Shown here: piece after piece, positions 11,260 to 19,308 of the stretch
Numbering within the stretch: position 1 is the stretch's first letter
Layout: every line of letters begins with the position of its first letter
Assembly: GCF_001272835.1 (NCBI RefSeq)
Contig: NZ_CP010546.1
Location: 1 to 32,000, forward strand
Reading direction: 5' to 3'
Length of the DNA stretch: 32,000 nucleotides
From: Mycoplasmoides pneumoniae FH
GTDB lineage: Bacteria; Bacillota_I; Bacilli_A; Mycoplasmatales; Mycoplasmoidaceae
Notes under the pieces: model-generated
Database searches by the model: none
Told to the model about the DNA's origin: nothing
What the model saw: the letters and a program-made list of their open reading frames with translations, nothing else
Made by a program: the position numbers and the translations under genes

Positions 11260-12044
11260 TGGAATACTTTGATGCGCACTGTCACTTAAACTGTGAACCC
11301 CTACTGGAACAGCACGAAAAGAGTTTGGCCAACTTTAGGTTAATTGGGTTAAAGGCCAATGTTGTGGGCACTAATTTAACTAACTCCCAAATTGCGGTGA
11401 ATTTAGCTAAACAGCACCCTGATTTACTCAAGGCAGGGGTGGGTATTCACCCTAATGATGTCCAGCTTTTTGATTTAAAAGCAGCGCAAGCAACACTAGA
11501 AAAATTAGTAAGTACGCATCGCTCATTCATTAGTTGTATTGGTGAATATGGCTTTGATTACCACTACACTAAGGACTACATTACCCAACAAGAACAGTTC
11601 TTTTTGATGCAGTTCCAACTAGCAGAACAGTACCAGTTAGTGCACATGTTGCATGTCCGTGATGTGCACGAAAGGATATACGAAGTTTTGAAAAGGTTAA
11701 AACCTAAACAACCAGTGGTGTTTCACTGTTTTAGTGAAGACACCAATACTGCTTTAAAGCTGCTAACTTTAAGAGAAGTAGGACTAAAGGTTTATTTTTC
11801 GATTCCGGGGATTGTGACCTTTAAGAATGCGAAAAACTTGCAAGCCGCTTTATCAGTTATTCCAACAGAGCTACTTTTAAGTGAAACCGATTCGCCTTAT
11901 TTAGCACCAGTACCTTTTCGGGGCAAAACTAATTGACCGGAATGCGTTGTTCATACAGTGCAAACGATTGCTGACATTAAGCAAGTTCCTTTAGCTGAAA
12001 TAAAACAAGCGATTGTGCATAACGCCAAGAAGTTATTTTGGTAG
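11259..12044 (+). CDS. tatD: TatD-family metal-dependent hydrolase (261 aa)
   Basis: FDAHCHLN, GEYGFDYHY, VVFHCFSEDT and LLSETDSPYLAPVPFRG motifs. It reads through TGA(Trp) at about 11934-11936 to TAG at 12042-12044. Confidence 0.92.
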
Positions 12045-12130
12045 TCCTTAGGATTAACTTTTAAAAGTTCTTCTTTTGTTGGAACCTTTTCACAACTTAT
12101 TCAATTTATTTAGTGTAGACATGAATAAAA

Positions 12131-12241
12131 ATGCATACACTAGAAAAAATTAGTTCCTGATTAAAGGGGAATCCTTATTTAAACAAAATTGTAAGTAGTA
12201 GTTTTCTCAACCTCTTTAAAAAGAAAGGAGGTATTGCTTAA
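12131..12241 (+). CDS. Candidate 36-aa leader ORF immediately upstream of and overlapping the DUF16 gene
   Basis: ATG..TAA encodes MHTLEKISSWLKGNPYLNKIVSSSFLNLFKKKGGIA (one TGA=Trp). Its stop overlaps the next ATG as TAATG, and its C-terminus resembles the ORF before the second DUF16 gene. Confidence 0.3.
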
Positions 12242-12636
12242 TGGCTTACTCGCCTTCGCTTAACGACATTAAGAGCATTTTGAACAAATATACCTCTAAG
12301 GACTATGAGTTAAAATGCGAAAATAGGTATGATGGCAAGCTTGAATTATGATTAAAAGGAGTTTTTGAAGAAATCGTGAAAACACCTGGCACTAGGTACG
12401 TCACCCATAAGCAACTTGATGAAAAGCTCAAAAATTTTGTCACTAAAACAGAATTTAAAGAGTTCCAAACTGTAGTTATGGAGAGTTTTGCTGTTCAAAA
12501 CCAGAATATTGATGCTCAGGGTGAGCAGATCAAAGAACTTCAAGTTGAACAAAAAGCTCAAGGAAAGACCCTGCAATTGATACTTGAAGCTCTCCAGGGT
12601 ATAAACAAACGTCTAGACAACTTAGAGTCCAAATAA
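12241..12636 (+). CDS. DUF16 (UPF0134) family coiled-coil protein, short form (131 aa)
   Basis: AAAGGAGG Shine-Dalgarno then ATG at 12241. Encodes [17 protein letters not shown]...[21 protein letters not shown]...[38 protein letters not shown] and reads through TGA before 12361. Confidence 0.88.
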
Positions 12637-12654
12637 AAAACTAAAGCAGTTTTT

Positions 12655-12693
12655 ATACCAACAGTTGACTCTTAAAAAGTTTGCTGTCGGTAT
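12655..12693 (+). terminator. Stem-loop just downstream of the DUF16 gene (ATACCAACAG ... CTGTCGGTAT then TTTTTA)
   Basis: Imperfect inverted repeat, 12655-12664 with 12684-12693, followed by T-rich sequence. The second DUF16 gene has a similar element. Confidence 0.5.
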
Positions 12694-12749
12694 TTTTATC
12701 CACTTCTAACAAAAAATCATTAAAAAACAGGCGACTAAAAAATCTTGAA

Positions 12750-12768
12750 GAACAACGTTAGGTTGTTC
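12750..12768 (-). terminator. Candidate intrinsic terminator for the minus-strand lipoprotein pair
   Basis: Perfect 7-bp inverted repeat GAACAAC-GTTAG-GTTGTTC. On the minus strand it is followed by TTCAAGATTTTTTAG, and it lies downstream of the stop at 12810. Confidence 0.5.
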
Positions 12769-12809
12769 AAAGAATTTTGAACAATAAAAAACAAAACTAA
12801 GTTGAATTT

Positions 12810-13517
12810 TTAGTTAAGCCATTACTCAATTAAATAGACTAAATATCTGAATAGATTAATTTGGTAGTTATCAACTATGTATTCAATATAACCATTAAGA
12901 ACTGTTTTGTCAAGAATTTTTTGACTAAGTTCATCTTTGCCTTTTAGTATTCAATGAAACGAAACAGATAACCTAATTCTTTTGGAATAGACATCAAAAT
13001 TTTTTGACGTAAATGGTAAATATGAATTCGCTTTAAGAGTAAGGAAACTGTTGAAATAATGTTTGTCACCTTTGTGGATATTGAATCCTCTGTAAGAATA
13101 ATTTTCATTTCATGTGAGAGTATGGTTCAACTTGGCTTTAACTGAAACATCGCTAATGCCTTTGTATGTCATGTTGAAATACTCAACTTTTTGTTTCTTA
13201 TTAAAAGTATTAACGCCTGAAAAAATCGATTTAGTTCAATTAAATAAATCAATACCGATTTCATTTTTTTCTGCACTTTGCTTTCAGGCATTTAGTAATA
13301 GTTCAGTAGTTTTTTCAGAGTTAACTTCGTAAGATTTTTTTAAATAACCTATTAAGATTTGTTTCCCTTCCGAAGTAATAATTAATTTAGAAACATCAAG
13401 GTCTTTACCATCTGTTTCCTTAATAAGATTTTTGAGATCAGCTTCGAAAGTGGCGCTACAAGCACTAAGAAATAAAACTGAAGATAATAGTGGGGTTAAT
13501 AAGAATTTAAATTTCAT
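12810..13517 (-). CDS. Predicted lipoprotein (235 aa), paralog of the adjacent gene
   Basis: [20 protein letters not shown] lipobox signal peptide. Continues through TGA(Trp), e.g. 13284-13286, to TAA (plus-strand TTA at 12810-12812). Confidence 0.85.
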
Positions 13518-13541
13518 TAGCGCACGTAGTAAATTACTTAA

Positions 13542-14249
13542 TTAAGAAAAGCAAGTATCTAAAGAGATTAACTGTGTATTCAGAATTTGTTCTAGTATCA
13601 TAGCCTTCCAAAAAGATTTTCTTAAGATCTCTTTGACTTTGTTTATCTTGCCTTGCAATGATCAACTAAGTGAAACAGGGAACTCAATTCATTCTGTGTC
13701 AACGCCTTCCCCTGTCTTAGTAATGAAACTTATCGTTTTAGATTGGTTCTTTGAAGATGGCTTAATTGCAAGAGGAAGATCAAAAACATGTTTGTCACCT
13801 TTTTTGGCAGCAAACCCATTGGAAGAATAATTTCCATGCCAATTAAAGTTATAGTTCAACTTAGCATTTATCGAAAAATTATTAAGATCTTGATATTCCA
13901 TATCGAAATATTCAACTTTTAGTTCGATTTTTAAAGGATCATTGCCTGTTGCATAAATACCAACATCGGGAAAATTAATTTTCTCAATATCTATTTCACC
14001 TTTTTCCGCACTCTGTTTTCAGGCATCTAACAATAGTTTTGTGGTTTTATCAGGATTAACTTCGTAAGATTTCTTTAGAGAAGTTATTAAGTTTTTTCTG
14101 CCTTCAGAAGTTTTGATTACTTTGTACACATCAACGTCTTGTTTAGTGGTTTCTTGAATAAGATTTCTTAGATCAGACTGGATAGAAGCATAAGCACTAA
14201 ACAATAAAGTTGAAGATAAAAACGGAATTGAAAGGTATTTAAATTTCAT
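13542..14249 (-). CDS. Paralog of the adjacent lipoprotein (235 aa) with Tyr in place of the lipobox Cys
   Basis: [35 protein letters not shown]...; joins ORFs 14019-14249 and 13689-13901 across TGAs, stop at 13542-13544. Same length and similar N-terminus as the neighbour. Confidence 0.83.
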
Positions 14250-14366
14250 TGAGGTACAGAAAAACTAACTACGGCAATAGAACCTTTTTGGTAATGGTAA
14301 ATTTTATCTAGTGTTTTATTGTTTTTCAACTTAATTCAGTAAAAGCATCCACATCTAAATAAAAAA

Positions 14367-14396
14367 GCCATCTGTTTAGGGCGAAAAGCAGATGAC
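14367..14396 (-). terminator. Intrinsic-terminator-like hairpin on the minus strand
   Basis: On the minus strand: GTCATCTG - 14-nt loop - CAGATGGC (8 bp with one G-U) followed by TTTTTTATTT. Confidence 0.5.
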
Positions 14397-14865
14397 TAAA
14401 AATAATTTTTTAACGATTTAAAAGCTAACGGAGATTGTTAGTTTGATGTATAAGTAAAAATATGTTTTCTAAAAATTTATTAAGTTGGCCGGGAGCAGTA
14501 AAAACTTTTGATTCCAGCAGCTCTTCCTGCTCCCACTAAATAAATTGACTTGGTTTTACAAAGACGCCAAAAAGTTTGGAGCTTTTTGTAATTTAGTTTT
14601 TTAGCTTCTTCTAACTATTAAGAAATATTTACTTTTCTCAAAAGCTTTTGAAAGGTTTTTGTCACTTCGCTATTTTTAAAGGCATTTAAGAGATGTAAAT
14701 ACATCGCTTATGTTTCTAAATACTCTTAAAAATTTATTTGGGTGACTTGGATCGCTCTTGATGTTGTTTTGTTTGAAGTCTCTTTACTTTAAATTGCAAA
14801 AATTTTTAGCAATTTTATTGGCAGTTTTTGAAATTCTGGTCAATTTATTTAGTGAAGGAAAAATT

Positions 14866-14976
14866 ATGTCTTTACTCAATATATTTATTAGATCAACGAT
14901 GATTTTGATCCTTGCTGGCAACAAAGTTGCACGTTTTAGTTTTCTAAACCTTGAGCAGAAAGGAGGAATTTATTAA
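14866..14976 (+). CDS. Candidate 36-aa leader ORF immediately upstream of and overlapping the second DUF16 gene
   Basis: ATG..TAA encodes [36 protein letters not shown]. Same length and same TAATG overlap as the ORF before the first DUF16 gene. In the ORF track it is the 3' part of 14758-14976. Confidence 0.3.
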   Translation: MSLLNIFIRSTMILILAGNKVARFSFLNLEQKGGIY

Positions 14977-15749
14977 TGCCTAAAGTTATTTCCCAAAAGG
15001 AATTTAATATCCTTTCCCGGACAAAGGAAAGAGTTAATTTTCAAATTGTCTATACCAAGCAAAGAAATGATTTGCACAAAGCTGCTAAGGAGTACTTTTT
15101 TAAAGACAAAGACTTTACAATAATAGAAGATACACCGGACACACCTGACCAACCAGATGGACCATGTATTACTAAAGGCCCAAAGGAACCAGGTGGTCCT
15201 GAAGAGCCAAATGGTCCGGATAAACCAGAAGATCCTAAAGATCCTGATACGCCAGATGTTTCTGAAGGCCCTAAAGAACAAGGTGGTCAGAAAGATCCAG
15301 GTGGTCCGGATGATCCCAATGAAGGAAAGCAGAAAGTGTCCAAACCAGATAAATACGTAACCCACCGTGAGCTTGATGAAAAGCTTAAAGACTTTGCCAC
15401 CAAAGCTGATTTCAAACGCGTCGAAGACAAAGTTGATGTTTTATTTGAACTGCAAAAAACGCAAGGCGAACAAATAAAGGTTCAAGGTGAGCAGATCAAA
15501 GCTCAAGGAAAACAAATTGAACAATTAACTGAAACTGTCAAAGTGCAAGGCGAGCAGATTAGGGCTCAAGGAGAACAAATCAAAGCTCAGAGCGAAGAAA
15601 TAAAAGAAATTAAGGTTGAGCAAAAAGCCCAAGGCGAGCAAATCAAAGAACTTCAAGTAGAACAAAAAGCCCAAGGTAAAACCCTACAGTTAATTTTAAA
15701 GACGCTAGAAAAAATGAACGAGCGTCTAGAAAAATTGGAATCTAAATAG
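14976..15749 (+). CDS. DUF16 (UPF0134) family coiled-coil protein, long form (257 aa) with Pro/Gly/Asp-rich linker
   Basis: AAAGGAGG upstream; [28 protein letters not shown] followed by repeated GEQIKAQ-type heptads. Confidence 0.92.
   Translation: MPKVISQKEFNILSRTKERVNFQIVYTKQRNDLHKAAKEYFFKDKDFTIIEDTPDTPDQPDGPCITKGPKEPGGPEEPNGPDKPEDPKDPDTPDVSEGPKEQGGQKDPGGPDDPNEGKQKVSKPDKYVTHRELDEKLKDFATKADFKRVEDKVDVLFELQKTQGEQIKVQGEQIKAQGKQIEQLTETVKVQGEQIRAQGEQIKAQSEEIKEIKVEQKAQGEQIKELQVEQKAQGKTLQLILKTLEKMNERLEKLESK
15455..15690 (+). repeat. Imperfect tandem repeats (21-nt multiples) encoding [14 protein letters not shown] heptads
   Basis: Successive units such as ggtgagcagatcaaagctcaa, ggcgagcagattagggctcaa and ggagaacaaatcaaagctcag within the DUF16 ORF. 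Confidence 0.8.
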
Positions 15750-15763
15750 ATAACAATCAAAGC

Positions 15764-15809
15764 AAAAATACCAGCAGTTGACCCTTATAGGTTATCTGTT
15801 GGTATTTTT
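15764..15809 (+). terminator. Stem-loop downstream of the long DUF16 gene
   Basis: AAAAATACCAGCAG (15764-15777) pairs with CTGTTGGTATTTTT (15796-15809), 14 bp with one G-U, followed by ATTTT. Confidence 0.6.
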
Positions 15810-15850
15810 ATTTTGGCGCTTACTAGTTCTTGTAACCATTTATTAGTTAA

Positions 15851-16489
15851 ATGGAACTTAGAAATACAAAATTAGAACAACTCTTTTACATCTATCACCG
15901 CAACCTGAAGTATAGATGTCCAATGCAGTACCTCACTAAAAGGGGCTTTAACTTACAAGACCTCTTGTCAGTTGGTGGTGGATTAGCTTACTTGGGCGAA
16001 AAACAGTGGTTAAATTTATCACTGTACAACTTTAACAACCAGTTAGTTGGTTTTTTAAGTCGGAAGGTAGGTTTTGAAAAGAAGTTCCTTTATTTACCTA
16101 TTAATAAACCACCAAGTAAAAGTGAATCTTTTTTAGGTTTAAAACACTTACCAACGGAAACGAACACCATTTACCTAGTTGAAGGTGATTTTGATTGGTT
16201 AGCTTTCCGTAAGGGTGGTATTTTGAACTGCTTGCCTTTATGTGGATTAACTTTATCAGATAAACAAATGAAGTTTTTTCAACAAAGTAAGATCGAAAAA
16301 GTGGTGCTTTGCTTAGACAATGATTTTGCTGGTAAAGTAGCTGCTGCTAACCTGGAACGCATTTTAAAAAATGCTGGTTTTCAGGTTAAGGTAGTTCAGC
16401 TAAAGGGTAAAGTTAAGGACTGAAATGAATTATTACTACTTTACCCGAAAAACTGAGCTAAAGCCTTAAGGGATCATTTGGCGCTTTAA
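15851..16489 (+). CDS. TOPRIM-domain, DnaG-primase-like protein lacking the zinc-binding domain (212 aa)
   Basis: TIYLVEGDFDWLAF and KVVLCLDNDFAGKVAAANL TOPRIM motifs, preceded by YLTKRGFNLQDLLSVGGGLAY resembling the primase core. Reads through TGA at 16421-16423 and 16454-16456 to TAA at 16487-16489. Confidence 0.8.
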
Positions 16490-17323
16490 ATGATGTTTAA
16501 AGTGAGTTAAGGACGATTTAATAATTACCCTTGGTAGGTTTAAGTCAGGACACATTTTGGTTAGTGCCCTAGCACCAGCAGCATCCTCGATTTCATTGAC
16601 CACTATTCGGTTGTACTTATTTAAGAAGAAGTCAATGGCGTAGTAACCATGACCTAGCTTTTTAGCAATCCGTTTAATTTTGTGCTTCATGTATCACTTT
16701 AGTTTAAACAAATCAACAGCAGCATTTTGTGAGTAGTTAGCCCTAAAATCATCACCACTAGCAGTCCTTCTAATTGTTTTTAACACCTTACCAAACAAGA
16801 TGTAAGCCCGGTATTCCACTTTACCAATTGACAAAAATGGTTGGACAATCCACTCATTAGGATTTTGAATTGGTAACTGCTTAATTTCTTCCGCATTTTG
16901 AATTAAGTGCACATCTTCCCCACCATGAGAATCACGCTTTTTGATCACAATCGGAAAAGTCTTAATCTTTTTGGGATCAAAAATGGTGGTATCAACGGTC
17001 AAGAACTTATGCTGCTTTAACCACCTGTAAGTTTCATACTTATCATTGGCTACCAAAACGATATTTTGGGGATTAATGAGAAAACTGTTGAGAAAGTTGT
17101 GTTTGGTTAAAAAATCAATTCTGCGCGAACGGTTAATGATCAATTCCACATTTTTAATGTGTTTGTGATCAGCGGTTTCATCATCTAACAGCAAAATATG
17201 CCCAACTAGTTTTTTCTTGTTCAGTTCATCGACTAGTGCTTGAGCAAAGTGCTTGTTCTTGTCAAAATCGGTCTTATTGTAAACAACGAGTGCTTTTCTG
17301 TTTTTTAACTTAATTTTGGCCAT
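16466..17323 (-). CDS. ATP-grasp / RimK-like protein (285 aa)
   Basis: Joins ORFs 16694-17323 and 16466-16690 across TGA(Trp); contains PIVIKKRDSHGGEDVHLIQN, WIVQPFLSIGKVEYRAYILFGKVLKTIRR. Confidence 0.8.
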
Positions 17324-18189
17324 TATGCGATTGATGCTAAAAGTTGAATGGCGAGGTTAGTTTTCAAATACATCGAGCTTTTGGTGAGCTGTACATTGGA
17401 ATTAACTTCGCAGAAAATTAACGAACGATCCTGGTCAAATAAAAAGTCAATGCCACAATAAAAGAGTTGCATTGCTTGGCTAATTGTAATTGCTAATTTG
17501 GTTTCTTCCTGACTTAGTTGATATGGTTCACCAACCGCTCCCTTATTTAAATTAGAGCGAAAATCACCCTCATTTTGAGTATGTAAGGCCCCAACTACCT
17601 GGTTATTGACCACAATTACCCTGACCGCTTCACTATTAGAAGTGGCAATGTATTGCTGCACAATGATCTGTTCAGTTAGCCCGCTTAAGGTTTGACGTAA
17701 CTTCTGTTCATCTTTGCACAAAAAAACGTAATCACCAAAAGAACCATAGATACTTTTGACAATCACTGGAAACTGAAAACAGCGCTTAATTTGTTCGATG
17801 AATTGTTCCAACTTTTCCGGATATCAAGCTAAACGAAAGTTCTGTGGGCCAATTAATGTAGGAATCTGTTTAATGGTTGGGTGTTGCGCTAAAACAGCAT
17901 GACTCAAGGCCTTATTGTCCGCGTTATTAATGGCAATCGAACTGTTAATAACGCGCAAACCAACTGATTCTAACCATTGCGCTAACGCTATGTTTTTATC
18001 CAAAAACAAAATGGTATTGGACTTAAAGGGTAGTTTGGTCTTATCCTGATTGGTATTAATATCAAAGCAAGTAAAGAAATCGAGTTGGATGTTTAAGCTC
18101 TGGGCTGCATCCTTTAACAGTTCCGTTTGGTTTAATTTGGAAGCAATGTTAGTAAAAGCAGGGTTATATACGGCGCTGATGTGCTTCAT
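17323..18189 (-). CDS. ATP-grasp / RimK-like protein (288 aa), paralogous fold to the neighbour
   Basis: Joins ORFs 17824-18189 and 17323-17811 across TGA(Trp); contains PVIVKSIYGSFGDYVFLCK, IIVQQYIATSNSEAVRVIVVNNQVVGAL, FYCGIDFLFDQDRSLIFCEVNSN. Confidence 0.85.
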
Positions 18190-18973
18190 AAAGGACTCAA
18201 AGGTTTTTCATAATGGCTAACACAGTAAAGGGTCCTACCCCTCCAGGTGTGGGGCTTCACCATTTGGCAACTTTCTCTATCCCATTAGGATCGATGTCAC
18301 CACACAGTTTGTTTAAGGCATTACGTGATACCCCCACATCATAAAGAATAACACCTGGTTTAAAGTTAGTGGTCTTAAAGAAATGGGGCTTGCCAATGGC
18401 TGTGATCACCACGTCAGCGGTTTTAATTAGCTCCATGGTGTTGGGGGTATGCTTGTCACATCCCACCACCTGATGACCCGTTTCCTTTAAATAGTGAAAG
18501 ATCGGCCCGCCACCAGTGACGCCTAAACCCACCACCACAATCTGCTTGTTGGTGAAATCATGGTGAAAGTGTTCTTTCAAAATTAACACCGCTTCCACCA
18601 CACAGGACCTAATGGGTAGGGGGCAGTTACCAGTTAAGTAATCCACATCCTTGTAAGGATCAATTGCTTTTAAGAGCTTGTTTTGTTTTAAATGGGGATA
18701 CACTGGCAGTTGCAAGATAATCCCTGTTACCTCAGGATCAGTGTTGAGTTGTTGAATTTTTTCTAACAATTCTTTCTCAGTGACACTTTCGTGGTACTTA
18801 ATTAGTTCACTCTGGGCCCCTAGAGTATTACAAGCATTCATTTTTTGGCGAATAAAGGCATCAGATGACACATCATTATTAGTTTGCAGAATGACTAATT
18901 TGACCTGACTTCAATCCCTGTTTTTGTAAGTTAAAAGGATTTCGTGTGCTAGTTGCTTGCCATCAAAGGACAT
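18164..18973 (-). CDS. folD: Bifunctional methylenetetrahydrofolate dehydrogenase/cyclohydrolase FolD (269 aa)
   Basis: MSFDGKQLAHEILLTYKNRDW..., GIILQLPVYPHL, VDYLTGNCPLP, VVGLGVTGGGPIFHYLKETGHQV, GVILYDVGVSR, GGVGPFTV. The ORF track's 18257-18871 is only the TGA-free core. Confidence 0.93.
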
Positions 18974-19011
18974 CTCTTAAGTTGTTGTTTTTTGTCAAGC
19001 TAAACAAAAAA

Positions 19012-19044
19012 CGCCTAACTTAATCTTATATGACTAGTTAGACG
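19012..19044 (-). terminator. Intrinsic terminator downstream of tRNA-Ala on the minus strand
   Basis: Minus strand: CGTCTAACT - 15-nt loop - AGTTAGGCG followed by TTTTTTG; 9-bp stem with one G-U wobble. Confidence 0.75.
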
Positions 19045-19057
19045 TTTGGATCTTTAA

Positions 19058-19133
19058 TGGTGGAGATGAAGGGTCTCAAACCCTCAACCTCCTGAGTGCA
19101 AATCAGGTGCTCTATCAGTTGAGCTACATCCCC
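19058..19133 (-). tRNA. tRNA-Ala(TGC)
   Basis: Minus strand GGGGATGTAGCTCAACTGATAGAGCACCTGATTTGCACTCAGGAGGTTGAGGGTTTGAGACCCTTCATCTCCACCA; cloverleaf arms close, anticodon TGC, CCA encoded. Confidence 0.95.
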
Positions 19134-19138
19134 ATTAT

Positions 19139-19215
19139 TGGTGGAAGTAAATGGACTTGAACCATCGACCTCACCCTTATCAGGGGTGTGCTCTAACCAA
19201 CTGAGCTATACTTCC
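19139..19215 (-). tRNA. tRNA-Ile(GAT)
   Basis: Minus strand GGAAGTATAGCTCAGTTGGTTAGAGCACACCCCTGATAAGGGTGAGGTCGATGGTTCAAGTCCATTTACTTCCACCA; anticodon GAT, CCA encoded. Confidence 0.95.
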
Positions 19216-19246
19216 AGGCAAAATCTTCGTACAGGTTCGCTTCATA

Positions 19247-19252
19247 ATTATA
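19247..19252 (-). promoter_or_regulatory. Candidate -10 box (TATAAT) for the tRNA-Ile/tRNA-Ala unit
   Basis: TATAAT on the minus strand, about 32 nt upstream of the tRNA-Ile 5' end. Confidence 0.5.
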
Positions 19253-19285
19253 TTAATTTAGCCAAAGCTAGTTTTTAAGCGGTCT

Positions 19286-19291
19286 TATAAT
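19286..19291 (+). promoter_or_regulatory. Candidate -10 box (TATAAT) for the ABC transporter pair
   Basis: TATAAT 18 nt upstream of the ATG at 19309. Confidence 0.45.
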
Positions 19292-19308
19292 TAAAGCAAG
19301 TAGTTTTT

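Noticed and set aside
12050-12100. Weak hairpin AAAAGTTC...GAACCTTTT after tatD as a terminator
   Set aside because: The stem is short with a bulge and has no clean T-tract; not supported well enough to annotate.
14758-14976. Full 72-aa ORF from 14758
   Set aside because: Only the last 36 codons (from ATG 14866) parallel the leader ORF of the other DUF16 gene. The upstream half is F/L-rich AT noise with no matching counterpart.
14973-15365. Minus-strand 130-aa ORF antisense to the long DUF16 gene (WFIRTTWLF... repeats)
   Set aside because: It is the antisense translation of the Pro/Gly-rich repeat, so repetitiveness and openness are by-products of the sense-strand composition.
15455-15690. 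Possible CRISPR-like or satellite repeat array
   Set aside because: The units are contiguous multiples of 21 nt in frame with a heptad coiled coil. There are no unique spacers and no cas genes.
16694-17811. Possible pseudogenes or frameshifted genes because the ORF track shows broken pieces
   Set aside because: All breaks I followed at these loci are in-frame TGA codons with the frame preserved on both sides, consistent with genetic code 4.
16466-18189. Possible defence or RiPP/peptide-ligase gene cluster based on two ATP-grasp proteins
   Set aside because: No precursor peptide, transporter or maturation genes adjoin them in the same unit; flanking genes are folD and a primase-like gene. 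The RimK-like assignment is the simplest.
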